This document shows, piece by piece, positions 24,267 to 34,805 of a stretch of DNA of 49,026 nucleotides. The notes below the pieces were generated by a model, which saw only the letters and a list, made by a program, of their open reading frames with translations, was not told where the DNA came from and made no database searches. The DNA comes from Sanchytrium tribonematis (taxonomy: Eukaryota), in assembly GCA_018985235.1 (NCBI GenBank), contig JADGIG010000015.1, forward strand, positions 1 to 49,026, read 5' to 3'. How positions within the stretch are numbered: position 1 is the first letter of the stretch; each line of letters starts with the position of its first letter. The translations under genes were made by a program, and so were the position numbers.

Positions 24267-24644
24267 ATGTCTGCCAATATCGTCGTTAAACAACCTGGTA
24301 TTGATCAGCCATTTGTTGCTCAATGTCGAAAATGTAAGCGAATTCTAGCTGATTCATCAACCATGCTGTATATGAGAAAGGGTTTAATTGTATTTATTAC
24401 TGCTCCAGAAGTTGAAATTGAAGAAACCAATATAAAATGTAAAAAATGTAAAAAAGTAGTGGGTAGATATGAACTCTATGACGACAATATATTGATTCAC
24501 AGAAAATATCAACTATTATTAGATAAATTAACTCTGAATCTGACTCACAAACCAAAAAGAAAGAGAAAAATAAAACCGAAAGAGGATCTCGAAGCAATGA
24601 AAGAAAATGCAGAGATAATAGATTTAGAAATGATGGCTTTATAG
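24267..24644 (+). CDS. MIS18: Yippee/Mis18-family zinc-binding protein (125 aa), Mis18-like
   Basis: FVAQCRKCKRILADS and IKCKKCKKVVG, two CxxC motifs in Mis18-like context, followed by a short charged helix. Confidence 0.65.
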   Translation: MSANIVVKQPGIDQPFVAQCRKCKRILADSSTMLYMRKGLIVFITAPEVEIEETNIKCKKCKKVVGRYELYDDNILIHRKYQLLLDKLTLNLTHKPKRKRKIKPKEDLEAMKENAEIIDLEMMAL

Positions 24645-25463
24645 TAAATTGAAATTTATATGAATGAAAATTTACCTTTTCAATTCAGTTCCATACTCAT
24701 TTTCTTTTAAATTCTTCTTTCTCTTCAAAACATTTATAATAAACTTCAGCAGTCTTCTATCACTATCGGAATTATAGCCGCTAATCCTGCAATCCAAATA
24801 GCTTCATTACAAACATTAATTGAAAATAAGCATTTCCACAAATCAAAGCAGCGGGCATGTCGGCTTGGAATTTGTAATTGCTAAGATAATTTGCTCCATT
24901 TTGAGAATAGTTTGAAAATTCATCACCAAGGTATAATTTTATTTTGATGACCATTTCAAATATAATTTCTTCTTGTCAAATAGTTCATCCATTTTATCAA
25001 TGATTTTGTATCATTCTTTGTCTTTCAAAACATCTTTAAAAGACATTTCAAAGCTGTTTAAAAATTCCGCTTAAAGGATTCACAATCAGATCTTGCCTTA
25101 TTGATGTTATTCCACTCTCTCATTTCTTGCAATTCCAACCTTGACTCGGCACCATTTTTAAACCATGAAAAGAAAATCAACTTCTTCTCGTTAATTTTTC
25201 TGCAAATGGTTGCCATTCCAGATAAGCACTTCTCGTGAGGATCGTTTACAAGGGTAGAGCGCATTCAGTCAACAACTTTATACGTTCTCAACCTCTTGTT
25301 GGTGGTTGAGTAGATCACAAGACCAGAAATAAATGCGGTCCCTAAGAGTGCAGTTGTGTTTAATATCGCAGTTTTCTCTCGTACCTTCAGCATTAGACGC
25401 AACAGTCTCCCTCAATGCTTTATTATAAATTGCCACCAAAAATTAGGATATCTAAAATTTTTA

Positions 25464-28374
25464 TTAAGACATCCTGACTGAATCTTCTCCCCCAAATTCT
25501 TTTAATGTGATAAGAAAATCATTGACGTGAGTTTTAAATCTGGCATCGTCACCAGAATAATCAAATAATCCCTTGACAAATTCCCTGATTGACGTTGGAG
25601 TGCGGTGTGGATAAGCTGTTGTGAGTGTGTTACTCAGCCAGTCAAATAAATATTGGTGGTTGCTAATTGAGGATTCCCCAGTGTGGATGCTTACTTTGAT
25701 CTGATTTGAATTAACAAGTAAAAACATAGTTCTCAAAACGGAGCATTGTTCATTAAATCCTAGATTAAATAAAATTACCGGCCTTGTGGTCTGCATCTGT
25801 CAAAACGTAGAATATATCCTGCAAAAGTCCGAGGAAAAATTGTTGGTAAAATGCAATGCTAATTTCCGAATCTGCTACAGATATTTTCTGGACCAATACC
25901 ATGCAGATTTCAAGTCCTAATTCCATGATATCGGCTTGCGTATGTTTGAATCCCCATGCAACGGAATCTAGAAATAATTTGAATTGCTCTGGATTTAATT
26001 TATAAACAGCTTGAAAACAATGTTTTACAGAACTTAGTAGTACATCGTAAAATCCTTTTCTATGATCAGGGTACTCACTGAAATCTCTATTAATCATGTT
26101 CAATGTATGCGAAAACAAATAGTCAAATATATCAAACATCGAACTCATCATTTGGCCTTGGACAGAGTCAATAAGCCCGCTAAATAAAAACAATATCTCA
26201 GCTTCTTTTAAATTTTCGTCTAAAGATTTCTCAATAGTAATGAATGGTCCAAAGATTCTTGGGGCAATTAAGTTGCAGATAAATGGTTTTTGGGCATCTC
26301 CACTCATTTTGCAAAAAGTCGCAAATAGTCGCAAGGTTTCCTTCTTGACAGATCTCCAATATTTGACAATTGCAGCTGCAGGTCCCACATTCGGATTTGC
26401 TTGACAATAAGTTGTGATCAATTGGCTGCATAGTTCATACATTTTGACTAAATCATCAATCAATGTTTGAATTTGAATATAAAATGCGTCTTTGATGGTA
26501 GAACAAGCCTGTCGATTGATCTGTAGAAAATGTGATGCCAATTTGACAGTTTCCATTTGTTCAAATTGATTAATATTGGTTTTCAACTGTGCTAAAATGG
26601 ATTGCCAAGCTTGATTAGGATTGCTCATAAGTTCCACCACGTATCTTTCTTGCACTGAATGACTGGCAGAGTGTATAATTATGCCAATTCCTTGATAAAC
26701 ACTGGATATTTGTTGTGTATTTAAATCACTAATAATATTAGGGACCATTCCTAAAACTTGTTCAATAAATGGCAAAGGTTCATCAGATTTAGCCACAACT
26801 AATTCATGTTTACAAGGAGAGTCACAAATCGTTATGAATGTGTCACACGCCATATCCTGTACACCTTCGTGAGATTCGTGCATAAATTCAAATAATTTGT
26901 TGATGACAGTCTTTAAAAATTTGTAATGTTTTCTCAAAAACTGAGGATATTGTCCACAAACATACATAATGTTGGAAGCAATAACAGCTTTAGTATCTTT
27001 CCCTTTTTTAATTTCACAAAGATTTAACAGTTCGCGAATGACGTGTACTAAATACCTCTTTTCTGCATCTTCATCCATTGCTCCAGAGATAGTTCCTACT
27101 GCCCAACATAGTTGATTTAATTCATCTCTATTGAAATTTATGTGACAAACATGGTCTAATTTGGTTGTAAATATTTGTTCTGTATCTTGCGGATCCAATT
27201 TGCAAAGATTGACTAATAATTGCTTCATGCTAGCATAAAGCTGTAATGATTCTGTATCTTTGACTTCCTCTCTGACAACTTCATTTTCATCATTTGTAAC
27301 TAGCAAGACTTCTTTTGGTCTCACCATTTTTGAGATTGCTAAATGTCTCAATTCACTTAAAATCGGAGTATAGAGTTGGATTCTTTGTGGCATTGATAAT
27401 TGCTGTGGTTGTTGTTTAATTAAATTTTCAGTTATAAAATACCAGCCTTCTAAACAGACTTTAAACAATTCCACATCGTGTTGTCTGGAAATTTGAAAAT
27501 AAATTGTAATGGCATGGTTAAATTCCTCAGATTGTTCTATGTAGCCCAAATGGTTAGTAATAGCAGAGGTTATAAATAAGGCAATAGCTTGTGCTAGTAC
27601 CTCGTCTTCAAAAGTAGTAATTTGTGCAATAACAAGTGTAAAAAGTTTTGCATTTTCAAGAGGCTTATCTTTGATGTTCATAATTTCAACACAACAACGG
27701 ATGACATCAAGAGGAAACTGTTTGAAATATTTCAAAAGTAAATCAATCATATCTGTCTCGTAAATGTATCCCACTGGTATCCAAATTAAAAATCGTAAAA
27801 TACATTGTAAAGTCGCTTGAACCAATGAGGGAGACGGTTGTTTTTGTAAAACTTGATGACACAAATAAAATATGTCGGTAAATTCTTTGTTGAATTGTTC
27901 TTTGCTTTGTAATTGTTTTTGAGTTGTCATGGAGCTAAATTCAAAAATTTCTTCGCTTAAAAGTTTAAGGAATTTTAAATGATTCTCGCATAATAATACA
28001 GAGGTCTTGGCACTTTCAATCAAATCGTGAATAAAACTTGGCATCCATTCATGCTTTAAAATAGCAATCATTGTAAGATGAAGCTTACTTAAAACCGGGT
28101 GGGAGTGTTGATTGACCATCAAGCTCATTAAAAATGATTTTAAACCTTGTTGTTGATCAACTGGGATTACTTTGTAGTGTGTTTTTATAAAATTAGCAAG
28201 AACATTGAGTGCGATGACTTTTGATTGGTCTTGCTTACAAGTTCCAAGTATGACATCGCAACTTGTCCACGAATTTGGATCATTTTGAAACTGCTCTAGT
28301 TCTCTCATTGCATTCTGGTCGCCCAATATTGAACGCTGTACCAGGGCATCAAAACTGTCCACGTCGAGTGTCAT
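25464..28374 (-). CDS. CRM1: Exportin-1; exons 28374-25779 and 25759-25464, 963 aa
   Basis: KLLSEEIFEF, MVRPKEVLLV, LNQLCWAVGTISGAM, LCEIKKGKDTKAVIASNIMY, KLFEFMHESHEGVQDMACDTF, EYPDHR. Spliced junction reads DHKAG|FNEQ. Confidence 0.97.
25760..25778 (-). other. 19-nt spliceosomal intron GTAATTTTATTTAATCTAG
   Basis: Removal restores the conserved CRM1 D.DHKAGF motif and joins ORF 25464-25796. Confidence 0.92.
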
Positions 28375-28449
28375 TTTACACAGTTTGCAACAAGGAGATT
28401 TTGACTGGACGCAAACTACAAGCAAGTCATCATTAAATATTTATTCGCA

Positions 28450-29055
28450 TTACAAGTCTTCCAAATGTGCGATAGTCTCATCCAATTCTCTTCTTGTTTC
28501 CAAAAATTTGGCTTCCAATTCAGTGTATTTCTTTTCCAAATCCAACTTGAAAGCTTCTAAGCTCAAAGCCTTTCGCTCGAATTCTTCCGCCTTATTTTGA
28601 GTATCTTTCAACTTTTGAGAATTACTCTGATTTTGATTATCTTTCTGAGTAACTTCATTCTCCAAAAGTTTGATTTTTCTCTTGAAATTCTCGATTTCTT
28701 GATCATTTGAAGCTTGTTGAGATGCCTTACTCTGTGCGTCTGCTAAACGACTCTCCAATTTTGTATTCTCAAGTTCCAACAATTTGATTTTGTTTTGAGC
28801 TTGAGCAAAAGCATTTTCCTTTTCACGAAGCTGATCAACATTACTCTGTTTGCTGCTGTCTTGCAATCTTGATTCTGCTCGAGATAAATCCAACTCAACA
28901 AGTTTGATTTTGTTTTGAGCAGAAATTAACTCGTTCTCACGCTCTCTAACTAATTCTTGTAATGATTTGACTTGAGCTTCAGCCTTATTAGCGCGTTCAG
29001 TAGCTTGTTCCTCTGATACTTTTAGAGCATTCAATCTTTCTTTGAGTTTGTCCAT
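28450..29055 (-). CDS. Tropomyosin, long paralog (201 aa, with a 40-aa internal duplication)
   Basis: MDKLKERLNALK start, continuous coiled coil, AEEFERK motif and LEDL end. Clear paralog of the adjacent gene. Confidence 0.88.
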   Translation of the reverse strand: MDKLKERLNALKVSEEQATERANKAEAQVKSLQELVRERENELISAQNKIKLVELDLSRAESRLQDSSKQSNVDQLREKENAFAQAQNKIKLLELENTKLESRLADAQSKASQQASNDQEIENFKRKIKLLENEVTQKDNQNQSNSQKLKDTQNKAEEFERKALSLEAFKLDLEKKYTELEAKFLETRRELDETIAHLEDL

Positions 29056-29126
29056 CGTTTGGCCTGGTGACGTGCTCGTATCAAGAAAGAGATTTTACAT
29101 TTTACAAAATTTTATTGATATAATGA

Positions 29127-29612
29127 TCACAAGTCTTCCAAATGAGATAATGTCTCATCGAGCTCTTTTTTGGTCTGTAAATATTTAGATTCCAAGTCAG
29201 TGTTCTTTTTTTCCAAATCTAATTTGAAAGCTTCCAAGGACAAAGCTTTCCTTTCAAATTCCTCCGTTTTGCTCTCCACTTCCTTTAATTTTGTGCTAGT
29301 TTGAGATAATTGGTTTTCTTTAGCGGTGTTTTCCTGCTCCAGAAGTCGAATTTTTCTTTTCAAGTTTTCAATTTCTTGGTCATTGTTAGCTTGCTGTGAA
29401 GCTTTTCCTTGAGCGTCTGACAATCTAGATTCAAGTCTGCTAACTTCCTGTTCCAATAGCTTATGTTTATTAGAAACCGAAATAGCTTCATTATCTTTCT
29501 GTCTTAATTCATCCTGTAAAGACTTTACCTGGGCTTCAGCTTTTACAGCTCTTTCCTGGTTCTGGTCCGCTTCTACTCGGAGTGCTGATAACTTATCCTT
29601 TAACTTGTCCAT
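29127..29612 (-). CDS. CDC8: Tropomyosin, fungal 161-aa type (Cdc8/Tpm2-like)
   Basis: MDKLKDKLSALRVEAD start, 161 aa, KRKIRLLEQE, EEFERK, KKELDETLSHLEDL. Confidence 0.92.
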   Translation of the reverse strand: MDKLKDKLSALRVEADQNQERAVKAEAQVKSLQDELRQKDNEAISVSNKHKLLEQEVSRLESRLSDAQGKASQQANNDQEIENLKRKIRLLEQENTAKENQLSQTSTKLKEVESKTEEFERKALSLEAFKLDLEKKNTDLESKYLQTKKELDETLSHLEDL

Positions 29613-29715
29613 GGCTTGTTAAGTATTTTGGGGAGCGTCCCATTTATAGACATGGTGGAAAAAACTGATTGGTTAAAAGTCACGAGTTTTAACAAAAATG
29701 TGTTTATTTTACATA

Positions 29716-30999
29716 TTAATCAATTGTCAAATCAAAGAATGCCGGTTTCTTTCTCAAAAATTTGGTATACACTGGTAAATCTGATATTTTCAATTGTCCC
29801 GGTTCCATTGAATCATTGTTGATTTTTTTAACTTTTCCATCGTCAATATCAGTATTACGAGACTCATCCATTTGCTCATCTTCCACTGGTGATATTATTT
29901 TCGGAATAACATTTGCTCCAGATTCTGTCTGTTTTTCCGATAGAGACTCATTCGTTGAGCATGATTCTAAATCATGATCTAAATTTAAAACTCTCGGACT
30001 AGGAGCAAATCTACCTTGTCTCATTTGAAATTCATCCGACTCGACAATATTTAAAACCGTTGAAGGGACATCGACCACTTTACCAGGATAATCAAAGGAA
30101 CTAGCAGTGTTTTGAGACTCTTTCATTTTCCGGCCGTCCGGTTCTAGAGTTTTCGTGTATTTCTGATTACTTTTTGATGATGTTTGAGAATTGTGCCTCT
30201 CTTGTTGCTTGTTTTCTTCTTGCGAGTTTACTACAACGATTTCCTCACCCTCACCTTTTCTTTCTTGTGTATCCGTCACCTGACTATCTTGCGAGTTGGC
30301 TACAACGATCTCCTCGGTCTCGCCTTCTTTTTCTTGTGTATCCATTACCTGACTATCTGGTTTATGATTTGGGATTTCAGAACCAACATTCCCGCTAATT
30401 TTTTTCAGAGCCTCGAATTCTTTATTTTCATCAAAAGTAGAGGAACTTAAAACTTGTTCAACGTACTGGACTTTTTTTGGACTGACTTTATGCAAGTTTT
30501 GAAGTCTGATTCTGACATCAGATTTCATAGCTTTTTCTTTTCTTTTTTCAAGCCTAAATTTAGCTTCCTCTGCTTTTATTGGGTCCCAATATTGATGTGA
30601 TCGCGGAGGTAGGGCGCATGTCGCAAAGTCCTCAGTAAATGGTTGATCAGCGGGAGTAATTTTGCTCCTAATATGTGTTTGAGAGTTGACAATATATGAT
30701 TTGTTCTCTCTTTTTTTATCTTGCTCGGATAATAATTTTGCGTGAATTGCCCTCATTATAGGGTCCTCAATGGAACTGAGATACCTGCGCCTGTGTTCAA
30801 TGATATCATCGACATCTGAATCAACGGATTGCAAAATTCTAATTTTATCATTATCTTTTGAAGCTTTATTCTTCGATTTTTTATCCTCTGGCTCATTGCA
30901 TTCCTTGATTTTCTTTTTCTTTTTCACCACAAAATTATCGTTTGTTTTTCTTTTGATTGTAATTTCGCTTTTTGTACTATTTTCTTTGGGGAGTTGCAT
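29716..30999 (-). CDS. Low-complexity charged protein with SQ/TQ-rich repeat and NLS-like KKKKK; start uncertain
   Basis: Open frame of ~427 codons; no family recognised. Confidence 0.7.
   Translation of the reverse strand: MQLPKENSTKSEITIKRKTNDNFVVKKKKKIKECNEPEDKKSKNKASKDNDKIRILQSVDSDVDDIIEHRRRYLSSIEDPIMRAIHAKLLSEQDKKRENKSYIVNSQTHIRSKITPADQPFTEDFATCALPPRSHQYWDPIKAEEAKFRLEKRKEKAMKSDVRIRLQNLHKVSPKKVQYVEQVLSSSTFDENKEFEALKKISGNVGSEIPNHKPDSQVMDTQEKEGETEEIVVANSQDSQVTDTQERKGEGEEIVVVNSQEENKQQERHNSQTSSKSNQKYTKTLEPDGRKMKESQNTASSFDYPGKVVDVPSTVLNIVESDEFQMRQGRFAPSPRVLNLDHDLESCSTNESLSEKQTESGANVIPKIISPVEDEQMDESRNTDIDDGKVKKINNDSMEPGQLKISDLPVYTKFLRKKPAFFDLTID
30218..30357. repeat. Two tandem imperfect copies of a 69-bp (23-aa) coding unit
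   Basis: DSQVMDTQEKEGETEEIVVANSQ followed by DSQVTDTQERKGEGEEIVVVNSQ. Confidence 0.9.
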
Positions 31000-31145
31000 C
31001 AAGGAGTCTGTTTACCTCCATTATTAAATCAAGCTATTTTCATCAATCAAACCACTGTAAAGAAACACTCAATAATTAAAGCAGAGAATTTAATCAAACT
31101 CACATAAAGGATTGGATTTTTTATTCGAATAAGCCTCTTTTTTAT

Positions 31146-33543
31146 ATGGAGGGTGAATTTGATGAAATAACCAATTACATTCGTACATCTTCAATGAAGC
31201 TAAAAAAGAAAACAAGAGTTAAAAAACTAGCTCAAATTAATATGGAAGAAAAAATTTTACCTGATAATGTTGAATATTCTCAAGATGGTGAATATATCTA
31301 TTATTCGAGCACCTGTACGTCATACCACAAGCTTGAATCTATAAAATCAATTTTAAAAACCAGAGCTCCGTTGAAGGAGCCATTAAAAACCAGAATTCTG
31401 GCCAAAGTCCTGAAAAAAAATAATTCTGGTGAAAGTAAAACGGACATTAGCAAATTTGATTCTTCTGCGACATTAGCTGAATTGAAGAAAGGGAAAAAAG
31501 TTCAATTTTTGTTGGAAATGTTGCCAAAAGTAGCGGAAAAGGAAGATGAAGATCAAGAGGAATATGGCACTATAAAAATGACTCCTGAGAAAATTCTGCA
31601 AATTTATAATCAGGTTTGTGACAATAAAAATGTCCAGCCAATTGCTATAATTACTGAAAAATTGACTGCAAATTTGACTGGGCCTGTTAAGTTTGACTTG
31701 AGCGGTATCAATTTGAGCGCTTTTAGTATTATCACAGTCTTATCTGGAATATTATTTTATAATTTCGGACTTGAGTCTCTTCGAACAACTGGTTGCTGCC
31801 TTAACGACGAGAGGTTGAGTATGATTTTATGTTCTTTGGAATCGTCTGGCTCAATTGTGAATCTAGATGTTTCCTACAATGACCTTGTATCAGACGTAGG
31901 AATACGCAGACTCTGTGAAACTGTACGCAAATTGAAGTCAATTCACTCTCTGGATATTTCTGGAATACCCATGAAAGAACAGAAAACTCTGAATTGTTTG
32001 GCAAATTGTTTTAAAATACAGAAAATTATAGCAATGTCTTCAAACAACTCCACTTTTCAAGGTTTACAAACTCTCAGACTTGATGCGGTGGAACTGAATA
32101 CGCCATTTCAACTGCAATCGTTGGCTATTGGTATTAGAAATAGTAATATTCGCTATTTATCCTTAAGACGAAATAATATCGATGAAGTAGGCTGCTTCGG
32201 TTTGTTGAGATTGTTTGCAAATTATGAATATAACGCAAAAGTCGAGAAGCAATATATAAAAATTATTGAAAAGGCTGCTAAAGATATCACAAGATATAGA
32301 GATGTGGACTTGGAGGAGAAGCTGGCAAAATTATCAATAGTATATTTAAATGAGCACGAGAAAGGTAGAAATGGTCTGTGGGTATTAGATTTAAGTAATA
32401 ACTTTATTCGTCATGGTGCATTCATGTTATTTGAGCAGCTTAAAACAGACACTACCATAAGGCAATTAAATTTATCTCACAATTTAATTGAGTCATCCAG
32501 TTGTGAAGACATTTTTGAATCCGTTACTCTGAATAAGACATTAGAGATTTTAGATTTAAGCCATAATTTGATCGGTGGAAGTGAGGAAGATTTTTCTGAT
32601 CTACGCAAGAATGAGAAAACAAAAAGAACCGAGGAGAGAGACGAATTTTCAAGAATCATTCAGAAAGCTTTGATGAAAAATACTAAATTAAAATCGTTGT
32701 CTCTTGCCTATTGCAAACTGCATTTTAATAGTTTATATGCTATCAGTGAGGGAATACATCATTTCTATGGTTTAAGAGTGTTGGATTTGCGTGGCAATAT
32801 CTTCAGATTTGAAGCACTGCGAGCTTTGGCTCTTGAAATATCAAATAATAAGGAAATTACAAAAATTGAATTGAGTATTGCCGCCATTCGATCAGTTTCT
32901 CAATCTAAATTAGAAGAAATCTTTATCAATATCATGTCAGTTTGCTCTTCTAACTTGGAAGCTCAATTGCGCCAAATCGGCGAGAATATCAAAATTTGTT
33001 GCAGCGACGAAGATATTTCAAATGTTTTAAATCAAGCTTCAGAACAGCTGCGACTCCTGGATCTAGCTACTGAACTGGTTATTGATAGTCCCGAGACCTA
33101 TAAATTTGGCTTGGATCGCTTTTCAGAACTAAGATACAGCTTGGAAACTTATTTAAAATTGTTGCAGCTCTTGCCTTCAATGATGAATATCGAAAAATTT
33201 CAATGTATCTTAGATTTATATAGACGAGATATTTGTCACTAGCAGTGAGATTATAAGTGCAATTGAAAAATGTTCCGCTAATTTAAATTGTCCTTACGAA
33301 ATTGTAATTGCCAAATCTAGAGCGAAATTATCAAAAGCCGACGAAGAAGAATATGGATCAGAAACTAGTTTGGCAAGCAACGCTTTAGAAGTTGCAGAAT
33401 TATACGCTTCTCTCAACAGGCAAAGACGTAAGAAGTCCATATTTGATGCTGAAGAAGGTTTGACTTTAAAAAGAAGTAAATCGGTCGACATTGAGGCCGA
33501 GTCTTCAAAATCTCAATTGAGCCCAGATACAGCAACACCTTGA
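31146..33543 (+). CDS. RNI-like leucine-rich-repeat protein (possibly Mhp1/Gip3/PPP1R37-like); exons 31146-33204 and 33224-33543, 792 aa
   Basis: Repeated LxxLxLxxN units (IRYLSLRRNNI, LWVLDLSNNFI, LRVLDLRGN). RVxF-like KKVQF precedes Y...C......PI. A 19-nt intron opens ~106 further codons. Confidence 0.8.
33205..33223 (+). other. 19-nt spliceosomal intron GTATCTTAGATTTATATAG
   Basis: Removal gives an open frame through to TGA at 33541-33543. Confidence 0.8.
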
Positions 33544-33683
33544 ATCATTTTATCGTCTGGCTTCGTAAGACTAAATTAAAATAAAACAGAATTTATTATT
33601 CACAATCAATTTGTATGGTGGGAAAATCTGGACTTTTTGGAACTATGATTATTGGATCGTTAGTGAACGTGACATTGACTACG

Positions 33684-34745
33684 TTAGAACAAACTACTGT
33701 TCTCTGAAAGACCAGCTTCCGACTTACTTGATCTCAGTTTTAAAGTCTTCTTTTTGTCATCGGCAATTAATCGAGAGTATCTTTTTGAGAGCTGAACCCT
33801 ATGAGGATTTTCTTGCTCTTCCTCTTCATTGTCGTAATCGTCAAAATAGGAATCAACCAATTCGTCTATGTTGTCACGAAAATCAAAAACCGACAATGAC
33901 GATGTCATTTGTACAGAGGTAAATTGAGGCGAAAATTTTTTCGAACTACCGGCTTGCGCCTCTGCATCTTCTTCAAGTATACCGTCATGAGTACGTATAG
34001 GTTCTTCATTCTTTTCTGCATTTTCTTGAAATGAAGGAAGTCCTGCTAGGGTCATCGGTCTTCTCTGTTGCCCTTTCTTTTTTAATAGCTTAGTTCCCTT
34101 TCTAGACAATTGAACTTCCAAGGTCTCTGCAACATTGTCTTTTGGAACTTCTTCAATTGGTTTATCATTTCCAACTCGTAAAACTCTCATTTTATGCCTC
34201 ATCCTATGTATTTGAATTTCTGAGTCCTTCAAAGGGTTTCCTGATATTCCGACACCTTGAAGCTGTGGTAGCAAAAGTAAAATTACTTCAGCATCAGTTA
34301 GTAAATTATCGGATAATCCAAAAAAACGCAATTTTTCAAGAGATTTTATCTGGGTCGGGATTTCCTTTATCTTGTTGCCAGCTAGACTCAATAGATCTAA
34401 GTTGATCAACTTAGTGATTTCCATAGGGAAATTTTTGATTTCATTATTTGCTAACCATAATTTTTCAAGATTCCAAGATACTTTACTCGACTTCGAAATC
34501 ATTTCGTTTAAAACAACATCAGTTAACCTATTCCCACTCAAGTTGAGTATTTTCAGAGTCTTCGGCATAGCAGGTAACGCGACAATCGCGTTATTGCTTA
34601 AATCTAATGTCTGTAGACAACTTAAAGTAGTAAAAGTTTGAGGTATCTGTGTGATGATGTTATTGCTTAAACTAAGATCTTGGACGTTTGATTCTATGGA
34701 TGATAATGGTATTTCTTCAATATTCTTCCAGCTTATGTCTAACAT
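33684..34745 (-). CDS. Leucine-rich-repeat protein with disordered charged C-terminus (~353 aa)
   Basis: About seven typical LRRs (VQDLSLSNNII, LQTLDLSNNAI, LEKLWLANNEI). First ATG at 34745. Confidence 0.85.
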   Translation of the reverse strand: MLDISWKNIEEIPLSSIESNVQDLSLSNNIITQIPQTFTTLSCLQTLDLSNNAIVALPAMPKTLKILNLSGNRLTDVVLNEMISKSSKVSWNLEKLWLANNEIKNFPMEITKLINLDLLSLAGNKIKEIPTQIKSLEKLRFFGLSDNLLTDAEVILLLLPQLQGVGISGNPLKDSEIQIHRMRHKMRVLRVGNDKPIEEVPKDNVAETLEVQLSRKGTKLLKKKGQQRRPMTLAGLPSFQENAEKNEEPIRTHDGILEEDAEAQAGSSKKFSPQFTSVQMTSSLSVFDFRDNIDELVDSYFDDYDNEEEEQENPHRVQLSKRYSRLIADDKKKTLKLRSSKSEAGLSENSSLF

Positions 34746-34805
34746 CAGACTATTCAAAATTACCCACTTTATCTAGCCTTTTTAAAAATAAAAAAACTAG
34801 GTTTA

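Noticed and set aside
25452..25470. Extra 19-nt intron GTCTTAATAAAAATTTTAG at the CRM1 3' end
   Set aside because: The GTC donor and T at -6 break the consensus of the other seven introns, and splicing would add only a few non-conserved residues.
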